NCBI GenBank assembly: GCA_000934665.2
Contig: KZ538500.1
Coordinates: 46,366 to 66,365 of the forward strand
Direction: 5' to 3'
DNA length: 20,000 nt
Source of the DNA: Catajapyx aquilonaris
Taxonomy: Eukaryota
Shown: positions 11,534 to 20,000 of the stretch, in pieces
Layout: each line of letters begins with the position of its first letter
Numbering within the stretch: position 1 is the first letter of the stretch
Program-made: the position numbers and the translations under genes
Notes under the pieces: model-generated
What the model was told of the DNA's origin: nothing
What the model saw: only the letters and a program-made list of their open reading frames with translations
Databases searched by the model: none

Positions 11534-13085
11534 AATAATCTCCATTATAAAGCGAGACACGTATGTTGTAGCTATCCAACCGAGTTCAGTCTAGCCCCCT
11601 AGGTGGCAGGAGTCTACGGCGGCGCTGCTCCCTAGGTGGCGCTGGTGGAGGGGGCCCTCTCATCTTACGCCTCTCTCCCCCTCTTGCCTCCTCCCTGTCC
11701 CTGTCATCCCTTCCCCCTATACCTGCCTCCCACCTCCTCCATCATGGGGAGGTAGTCGCGTGAGTGGGTGAGTTCGCAACTTCCACACCATCGTTAGGGG
11801 TGACTTCGACACTTCCACACGATCATCAGGAGGTAGTCACGTGTGTTCGCAACCTCCACGCCTCAACACGGACATTTCAAGGCTTTCACTCTAACAGGCT
11901 ATAAGTGTCAAAAAGGTGAAAACTAGGAAATAAATGAAAAATGTGTCAGGTAAATACCTCATATTCTGTCCACTACTGATCTTTCTTCCGGGATTCGCAT
12001 CCTTTCTCTCATCTTATTCATCATGTCGTGTACAGTACAACACTTTTACACGCAAAAATCAACTTTTATGCCTCAACCTTTCAAGCCTTTCATTTATTCC
12101 AGCCCGAAATTAGCGTGACATTGCCGAGCGTAGCGCGGGTGTGCCACTAGTAATAATAATGTACCGTAACAAATAATTATGTTGCCGTAGATCTATATTA
12201 TATTATAATTATGTCTGTAAGATTTTAATTACTATATTTCAGAAAAATCTGCAATATTTTCCCAACAGTAATAATGTTACATACGAGCTTTCCTAAACAA
12301 CGTTGTAGGACTGGTGGCATTTCGTATATTTTTAATTAGCAAGGTTCAGCATATTTTATTTGCTGGGCTGTTGTTCCTAGCATTTGATGAGGGTAGCATA
12401 ATTATATATTCCGTTTTAAGTATGGGTGTCGGATTGCCCTACAAAGCTGCGTCTGTTCCTGATAAACTAATCTCTTATGTACCGTCCCAACTCAGACTGA
12501 TAATAATTTCTGTCCATGTGAGTGGCATGACGTTTCCCAAATACTGACTCATGCTATGAAACTGTCCTATTTCAGAAACACTACGTCTCCACACTATTGC
12601 AACTAGGAGCGCCAGGACCTGCACCAAAGATTATCAGGTCCCCGGGACAGATGCCACCATTATAAAGGGGTCGACAGTGATGTTTCCTGCTTTCGCTATA
12701 CATCGCGACGAGCGTTATTTCCCCAATCCGACGAAGTTTGACCCTGAGAGATTCAGCTCCGAAGAGAAGGCAAACAGGGCTCCTTACATTTATCTACCTT
12801 TTGGACATGGACCTAGAAATTGCATAGGTATATGACACGCGGAATGCCATTATAGCCTATGTGCCTGAGAATTTGGTCAGTGCAGGTTGCTAATGCTGGT
12901 TCTTGACTTCTTGAATAGGAATGCGTTTCGCTCTGATGCAAGCCAAAACAATCCTGGCATACACCATCCTCAACTTCCGTCTTCATCCTACAGAGAAGAC
13001 AACGATTCCGATGAAATATGCCTTAACTTCACCTCTGCTTAAGGCCAAGGGGGGGATGTGGCTGAGACTAGAAAAGCGCAAATGA
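8158..13085 (+). CDS. Cytochrome P450, CYP3 clan, copy 2; join(8158..9118,11192..11413,12576..12827,12919..13085), 533 aa
   Basis: Same exon sizes as copy 1. Motifs WKDVR, AGYDTT, ETLR, PERF, PFGHGPRNCIG|MRFA. GT-AG introns; TGA at 13083-13085; AATAAA at 13216-13221. Exons 2-4 are missed by the ORF track but are open. Confidence 0.95.
9144..10382. mobile_element. Non-autonomous TIR DNA element in intron 1 of copy 2 (superfamily unassigned)
   Basis: GTAGGCCTATATGT (9144-9157) is the exact reverse complement of 10369-10382. Further imperfect inverted similarity (CCGAAAACG…TGGGCGAAAAAAACGTCCAGAC vs GTCTGGCCGTTTTTGTCGCCCA…CATTTTCGG). Confidence 0.6.
9556..10041. mobile_element. mariner-derived MITE with a decayed transposase C-terminus, nested in the previous element
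   Basis: mariner-type end CGAGGGGCTAATCAAAAAGTAATTCACAACT and ~170-bp inverted repeats. 9748-9921 (+) translates HHFVPIKRHLSVQHFSDNEEVKEAIRHWFSSQP…KLVSRWD*STKLYGDY, typical of a mariner transposase C-terminus. Confidence 0.88.
10400..11118. mobile_element. pogo/Tigger-like MITE
   Basis: TA|CAGTGAAACTTGTCTATGTTG … CAACTTGAAAGGTTTCACTG|TA; ~25-bp imperfect TIRs and TA TSD. Confidence 0.75.
11450..11533. repeat. (GAT)28 microsatellite in intron 2 of copy 2
   Basis: Perfect trinucleotide run. Confidence 0.98.
11539..12150 (+). mobile_element. Non-autonomous Helitron (612 bp)
   Basis: Starts TC (TCTCCATTATAAAGCGAG), ends CTAG, inserted between A and T with no TSD. Subterminal hairpin CCGAGCGTAGCGCGG lies ~12 nt before the 3' end. 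Absent from paralogous introns. Confidence 0.85.
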
Positions 13086-13249
13086 CTTTATGAATGGTAT
13101 TAATCTTAAATGTTGGAGACAATAAGTATACCTGGCACCTTGCTTTAGTTTGCATTTCAGTAAAAGGAATAGGCTTTTCTTTATTTGTAATAGAGCTTAA
13201 GTTCATCTTTCCTTAAATAAAGCATTAACCTACCTTTTGATACTTACAA

Positions 13250-13460
13250 CTAACATCCCCTTCTACTTCTCAGCGCATGGTTGTAATCCCCCCAAACATG
13301 CTGCTTGCATGTGCAGCATCAACCTTGTTAACTTGTGAGCAGCATAATACAGTAAATGTGTCACATATTCATTCACACTCCACCACGAGAGTGATTAAGC
13401 CCAGAGGAGAAGGCCAAGAGGAGTCCTTACGTCTTTCACCCATTCGGCCACGGTCCTCGC
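13250..13460 (-). mobile_element. Possible old, degenerate tRNA-derived SINE
   Basis: Minus strand GCGAGGACCGTGGCCGAATGGGTGAAAGACG… with an A-box-like TGGCCGAATGG and a decayed B-box (GGGCTTAATC). The 3' boundary is a guess. Confidence 0.35.
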
Positions 13461-14251
13461 AACCGCATAGGTCAGGTCACAGGTGATTGTCACATTGTCG
13501 TTAGTAATCATGCTGTTCACCTTTAACCACGGAAGCGAAGAGCCGAAGATGCTCTGTCGATGACTGATTCTCCACTTTTGACTTCACATTTCCAAAAGGA
13601 CCGACCGACTCGACACGCCAATAATGAAATAATAGCCCTATATGGGTTTGCACAAAGATCTTAGAATATAGTTGTTATTACTGTATTTGGCTCTTTTGGT
13701 TTGCATTACCTATATGGTTGCTTAAATAATAATTATGGAGTTTGGCTTCGTCTGGAACCCAGAATCACTTACCTTACTGCTATATTCTACTTGTTAAACA
13801 AGTATACTATTTTCATGTAAGTCATGCACCTGCACGATTTACCATTTTGTCATAAGGTTAATGATTTACCAGTAACAAGGATGTGCCAAAGGTGTGCAAC
13901 AGAGCAAAATTATTACCGTGTTTCCGTCGCAACAGCTGCAACCAATGCTTCCAAAAATATGTTTACGTTTATATTATGCACAACCACTTGCCAAAAATTT
14001 AGGCTAAACCATTAAAGTTATAAGCGGTTAGAGCATTGAGTCATTTTTAAATTATAGAAGCATTATTGAAGTTGTGTTTGGAACGGGTCGGAATATATAT
14101 ATATTTCTTAATTTACTTGGCCATCAACACTGCACGACTAAAATGATAAGAAAATTCATAAAAACTTACATTTATATTAAAAATGTATTGGGAAGTGGGA
14201 TACTATTCTTCGATTTATTATATTTTTCAGTTCCCACTTCCAGATATGTAT

Positions 14252-14452
14252 TTATTTATTTATTTATTTACGTTACCCCGTTATAGGGCAGAGCCCTTTT
14301 GGGGGATCAGCTCTGGATACACAAGAACAATAAAAAAGTCATAGGGTTTACATGATTGTAGCAGCCAAAAACCATTTACAGAAAAACACTAAGTTATTGA
14401 GTGAGTTTAATGTAGCACATATCTATTTAGTAAATTTGCAACCATTTTAACA
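14252..14452 (-). mobile_element. 5'-truncated LINE-like retroposon 3' end with (TAAA)n tail
   Basis: (TTTA)n run at 14251-14270 next to a stem-loop. It interrupts the conserved upstream block. Degenerate TSD TCCAGATATGTAT / TCCAGATAATTATGTAT. Confidence 0.55.
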
Positions 14453-14893
14453 TCCAGATAATTATGTATCTGTCATAGTTAAATAGTTTACAACGCATGT
14501 CGAGCATGTTTAGTGTCAATAAAGAGATTATCCAGTAAATACAGACATGCATCATCAACAATAATAATTTTAAGTTAGGTATTTACGAACGTGAGGACAT
14601 AATGAAGATCAAAGACAATAAAGGTTGTAAGTACTGTACGTTACAACATACACACGTGTGTACACACCCGCAACAACATTCTGCCAAACTCATTACTAGT
14701 AACGTTGCACCAATGATTACAGTGGAACATAATGCACTATTACACTAAAAATATATTATTATTACTTGTTTACACCAATGGCTAAAATCTCGTCTATCTT
14801 CAAAATAATGTATTTTGATACGTTCAATTTCCATATACATCACAACTTTATCAAGGTTTGTTACGCTGCCACGGTCGTCACTAGTCCTCACTT

Positions 14894-14996
14894 TGTCCTT
14901 GACTAATCTTGACCAAGAAATGTATATGAGCAGCCTCCTTGCCTAGCGTGCAGGAACTAAAGCCAGTGCACAGTTCAGCTTGTTAGCGAGCAGACC
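14894..14996 (+). promoter_or_regulatory. Putative proximal/core promoter of CYP copy 3
   Basis: TGTCCTTGACTA plus a partial repeat TCTTGACCA; Inr-like GCCAGT (A at 14965); AGACC at +28 (14992-14996). Confidence 0.55.
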
Positions 14997-15024
14997 TCAG
15001 CGGACTGTATATTAGTGACGCAAA

Positions 15025-17275
15025 ATGTTGTGGGTTGTCGGGTGCCTCTTTGTCGCGGTGGTGGTCGGGATCATCTCTCTAATTACAGTGTTGTTAATTT
15101 GGTATACTAAGAGGTGGGAAAGTGCAGGATTTCATGCACTACCCCCTTCAGTCACAGTGAAAAGTTTCCTGAAACAAATCCTGGTAACGAAATCCAACTG
15201 GGATGCAGACCTGGATATTTACAATTACTTTTTGCGGACCGGTGCCAAGTGCGGAGGAGCCGTCGAAATCATGGGTTCCACCTTGTGGATTGTGGATCCG
15301 GACATGATGAGAAGCGTCTACGTCAAGAATTTTGATCACTTTGTGGACAGACCTGTATTTGAATTAGGCGGAAAGGACAGTTATCTTAATATAGCGCTAT
15401 CCAACCTTGTTGGGCAGCAGTGGAAGGACGTGAGGAACGTAATGTCGCCAACGTTCACTTCTGGGAAAATCAAGCTGATTTTCCAGTCCATTCCCAAATG
15501 CTGCCAGAAGCTGACAGATTATCTGGAGAAACAGGCTGAACTGGGAGAATCAGTGGAAATGAAGGATGCCTACGGGAGGCTGGTGATGGACGTGGTGGCG
15601 ATCACCTCCTTTGGGATCGACTGCGACTCATTCAGATATCCGGATGCGCCCTTTCCACGGATGGCTAAAAAGATTATGAATCCAGGTGTCCTCGGATTCA
15701 TTCTACTTCTGACCGCCATTGCTGCCCCCCGTTTTGTGAATTTGTTGCGCATGCTGCGTGTCCCTTTACCTGAATCAAACGAGGCCAACGACTACTTTGC
15801 ATCCGTGGCCAAAGATGCGATTGAACATCGCGAAAAGAGTGGGGTGAAAGGAAGGGACTTTCTGCAGTTGCTTCTGGATGCCAGGAAAGGCGAGTTGGAC
15901 GATCTTGAGTCGGACACTCTAATCGGGTACAACCCAAGTTCTGACCAGGTCGCTGCAGAAAAACGCAGGGCCCTCTCCAAAGCTGGTAGACATACAGACA
16001 TACTGCATATATTACATCATCATTATAAATTATTATTAACACACAGTACGCCAAAACAGACGCCGTTTAATTTATTTTTGTAGTGTTGACGGAGCCTCTT
16101 CTGATAGCTCAATGCATAGTACTTCTCGTCGTTGGGTATGACACGACGGCTAATACATTGTCATTTGCTGTCTACGAGATGGCTCTCAACCCTGATATAC
16201 AAGAGAAGTTGTATGAGGAGGTGAAGAAAGCAGCGGACAAACACGATGGGCATTTGACTTATGATGACGTTATGAACATGGAGCTATTGGACAAAATTAT
16301 CCATGGTGAGACAAAGGCTTAATAATAGAATATATTACTAGTATTATTTATTATTATTATTATGGCTATTACTGTTGTTTCGGAAATGTTTACAATATTT
16401 TTGGTTGAGAATTTTATTGCCTTTTTTCTCAATGGTAGGGCAGAGATTGTTGTTTGCTGGCCTCTTGTTACTGACGTGAGATGTTGGAAATTACGTTCGA
16501 GCTTATTTTCGGAGATTATTATGAGATTGGCCTACGAGGCTATGCCTGTGCCTATACTGAACGATTCTCTTAAACACTGCTAGAAGTGAGTCGGATCAAT
16601 TTTCTAAATCTCACATTTTGCGAAGCTATTAAAAGTACACCGTAACAGGAAGTGTTATAAAATTTATACCTGATATTTTTGCACTCGAGCTGCCGTTATA
16701 GCCTAGTGCACGTAAATTGAGTGGAATTAGATTACGTAAATGCTAAAAAATTGTCTTGCTTCAGAAACACTACGTCTCCGCGGTCCTGCAACAAGGATCG
16801 TCAGGGCATGCACCAAAGATTTGCAGGTGCCCGGGACAGATGCCACCATTAAGAAGGGGATGACAGTGATGTTTCCTGCTTTCGCTATACATCACGACGA
16901 GCGTTATTTCCCCAACCCGATGAAGTTTGATCCTGAGAGATTCAGCTCTGAAGAGAAGGCAAAGAGGTCCCCATACGTTTATCAACCTTTTGGACATGGA
17001 CCTCGAAATTGCATAGGTATGGCATGAATTCCTTTAGTCTGTGTGCCAGAGTATCTATAATTATAGTCAGTGTATGTTGCTAATTCTGGTAATTGTTTTA
17101 CTGAATAGGAATGCGTTTCGCTCTGATGCAAGTCAAAACAATCTTGGCACACACCATCCTCAACTTCCGTCTTCATCCTACAGAGAAGACAACGATTCCG
17201 ATGAAATATGCCTTAAATTCTCCTATGCTTAAGGCCAAAGAAGGGGTGTGGCTGAGACTTGAAAAGCGAAACTGA
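15025..17275 (+). CDS. Cytochrome P450, CYP3 clan, copy 3; join(15025..15985,16084..16305,16765..17016,17109..17275), 533 aa
   Basis: Same exon sizes. Motifs WKDVR, VGYDTT, ETLR, PERF, PFGHGPRNCIG|MRFA. GT-AG introns of 98/459/92 bp; TGA at 17273-17275. Confidence 0.95.
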
Positions 17276-18098
17276 CTTTATAAATAGGAATAATCCTAAA
17301 TGTAGGAGATCATAAGAATGCCTTGCTGCAGCATACATTTCCGTAAAAGGGAATACCCATTTCTGCCTTTTGTGATATAACTGAAAGTAATTCTTTCCCG
17401 ACAGTTAAGTTAAACCAAAGTGAGCTGTAGTATTAAATATAAATGTATGAGCTTCTAAGTTTTTGTTGGAAATGTTTCAAACATTTTGGTGTACTTTTTA
17501 GTGTACTTATACATACATAAATACTCTGTAAAAATAACTGCTGAGAATATTAATCAAAATTTACTCTGATTAAGCATTAATGTCAAACCTAATGGGAAGT
17601 GGTAAGAATTAGTTCTATGTTTTGATCAATATAGTATCCATTCAGTTCCCACAACCAAATATGTCTTTTTGTAATACTCTTCCATCCATGGTGAGCTTGT
17701 TAAGTTCCAATAAAGGATGTTTTATGCCCATATGTATCCAGCACATACATACACGGTATACCTTACAGGTACGCTGCCACCTATGATTCACGAAAGTGAC
17801 TGTAATTTAATCGAGAACAAAGATGTTAATGTCAGATTTAAAACCTACATATATACGTACATGTACAAACAACATCAGCCTACTATACCCCTTGCTGACG
17901 CTACATTTCACCCATTGCATCGCGGTAACTATTATTTTTTTAAACATGTTTACTTAAATCCCACAAATATCCCCAAGCGTCACACACCGGTATCTTGTGC
18001 CACATTCAATTTTCAGATATTATTTTATCAACGCTCCACTGCGCACGACGCGACATCATTGGTCTGGCACCAAGCCGAACGAACCTATTCCATCATTT

Positions 18099-18205
18099 TG
18101 TCCTTGGTCAATAAGTACGCATTATATAATTATCAACACCAGCCTACATGCCAAGAGAGTAAGATCTAAAGCCAGTGTACAATACAGCTGCCTAGCGAGC
18201 AGACG
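18099..18205 (+). promoter_or_regulatory. Putative proximal/core promoter of CYP copy 4
   Basis: TGTCCTTGGTCA at 18099-18110; Inr-like GCCAGT (A at 18174); AGACG at +28 (18201-18205). Confidence 0.55.
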
Positions 18206-18252
18206 TCAGGACATCTTTGCTACAGCAGTGCCACTAATAGGAGTGAACCAAA

Positions 18253-19510
18253 ATGTTGTGGGTTATCGGGTATCTCTTTCTGGCGGCGGTGCTCGGGATC
18301 ATCTTTCTGCTTACAACGTTGGTAATCATGAGTAGTAAGGGATGGAAAAGTGCGGGATTTCACGCTATACCTCCTTCAGTCACATGGAAAAGTATCCTGA
18401 GACAATTCCTGGTAACGAAATCCAACGGCGATGCGGACCTGGATATTTACAATTACTTAGTGCGTGCCGGTGCCAAGTGCGGAGGAGTCGTCGAAATGCT
18501 TGGTTCCAGCTTGTGGATTGTGGATCCGGACCTGATGAGAAGCGTCTTCATCAAGGATTTTGATCATTTTGTGGACAGACCTACATTAAAATTAGGAGCA
18601 AAGGACAGTTATGTTAACCAGGGTCTAGGCAACCTGCTTGGCCAGCAGTGGAAGGACGTGAGGAGCGTAATGTCTCCCACCTTCACCTCCGGGAAAATCA
18701 GGCTGATGTTCCAGTCCATGCCTAAATGCTGCCAGAAGATGACAGATTATCTGCAGAAAAAGGCTGAACTGGGCGAAGCTGTGGAAATGCCAGATACTTT
18801 TGGGAGGCTGGTGATGGACCTGGTGGCGATCACTTCCTTTGGGATCGAATGCGACTCATTCAAACATCCGGATGCGCCCTTTCCACGGATGGCTAATAAG
18901 ATGTTTAATCCAGGTGTTCCCAGAGTCATATTTTCCATCGTCAATCTAGTTGCTCCCCGTTTTGTGAATATCCTTCGTACGCTTCATGTCCCTTTACCTG
19001 AATCAAACGAGGTCGACGACTACTTCGCATCCGTGGCAAAAGATGCGATTGAACATCGCGAAAAAAGTGGAGTGAAGGGAAGAGACTTTCTGCAGTTGCT
19101 GATGGACGCCAGGAAAGGCGAACTGGATGATCTAGAGTCGGACAATTTAATCGGATACAACCCAGGTTCTGACGAGGTCGACACAGAAAAACGCAAGGCC
19201 CTCTCCAAAGCAGGTAGACGTACAAAATAATAGTAGCTATCATGTTGAGTTGCGCTTAAACTTCTGACATGCAATTTCGTTTTTGCAGTGCTGACGGAGC
19301 AGCTCGTGATAGCTCAATGCATAGTACTTCTCGTCGCTGGTTATGATACGACATCTAATACACTATCAATGGCGGCCTATGAGATGGCTGTCAACCCGGA
19401 CATCCAGGAAAAGTTGTATGAGGAGGTGAAGGAAGCAGCGGACAAACACGATGGGCAATTGACTTATGATGACGTTATGAACATGGAGCTATTGGACAAA
19501 ATTATCCATG
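18253..19510 (+). CDS. Cytochrome P450, CYP3 clan, copy 4, partial; join(18253..19213,19289..19510), remaining exons beyond the window
   Basis: Exons 1-2 are intact and the same length as in the other copies; WKDVR and AGYDTT; GT donor at 19511. Confidence 0.93.
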
Positions 19511-19555
19511 GTGAGGCACAGGCTTAATAACATAATTATTACGTCAGTACATCTA

Positions 19556-19556
<1 letters not shown>

Positions 19557-19590
<34 letters not shown>

Positions 19591-19820
19591 ATCACGACAT
19601 TTCCCTATGAGGGGTAGTCAGCGATGAAGGGAGATTCAAGCTAACCCAACATATGAACTAATAATTAAAACTTGTGAAAATAAACCTAAAAACACCCCCC
19701 ACCCGCCAGGGACGTCCCCTCTACTCGCCGCCGGAGGGAAGGAAGCCTTATCCTCAGACCTATTTACCTATTTAGGACTGCCCATTAATTAACCTCCGCA
19801 ATTTACACCTATATCCAAAC
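19557..19820 (-). mobile_element. Probable retroposon 3' fragment with a tandem-repeat tail ((CATCGT)5 on + strand)
   Basis: The repeat tail adjoins CACGACATTTCCCTATGAGGGGTAGTCAGCG, a motif that recurs at 19933-19967. Not present in paralogous introns. Confidence 0.45.
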
Positions 19821-19821
19821 A

Positions 19822-19926
<105 letters not shown>

Positions 19927-20000
19927 TTACTTCACGGCAAAATAATCCCATAGAGGGGTAGCCAGCGGAGTACAGGTTGCCCCTGTCCCCCTCGTATGAC

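Noticed and set aside
11411..11602. Poly-Asp ORF
   Set aside because: It is the translation of an intronic (GAT)28 microsatellite.
12232..12250. Alternative exon-3 acceptor TATTTCAGAAA in intron 2 of copy 2
   Set aside because: No P450 sequence follows it; the true acceptor is at 12574-12575.
17717..18169. 150-aa ORF upstream of copy 4 (and similar ORFs at 1215, 7603, 7865)
   Set aside because: They lie in paralogous promoter DNA whose reading frames are not conserved, and show no recognisable domain.
19590..19625. Hammerhead ribozyme on the minus strand (CTGAC…GAAA)
   Set aside because: The core CUGANGA is absent (CTGACTA) and I could not build the three stems.

Overview
Eukaryotic genomic DNA (invertebrate, probably arthropod-like; inferred) carrying a head-to-tail array of four paralogous cytochrome P450 genes of the CYP3 clan (CYP3A/6/9-like) on the + strand. 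Three are complete four-exon genes of 533 aa each (coding exons 961/222/252/167 nt, GT-AG introns, all phase 1). The fourth runs off the window after exon 2. Introns and spacers contain many non-autonomous mobile elements: Tc1/mariner, pogo and hAT MITEs, a P-like element, a Transib-like element, a Helitron, a tRNA-derived SINE and LINE-like 3' tails. There is also a ~200-bp tandem repeat, several microsatellites and a 183-N assembly gap. I found no evidence of a wholly new biological system. The most interesting signals are: paralog divergence concentrated at substrate-recognition sites with mosaic (gene-conversion-like) identity; a conserved nuclear-receptor-like motif plus an Inr/DPE-like core promoter, altered in copy 1 and duplicated in copy 2; a mariner MITE built from two inverted 3' ends; and a SINE and LINE-like insert that share a 3' tail.
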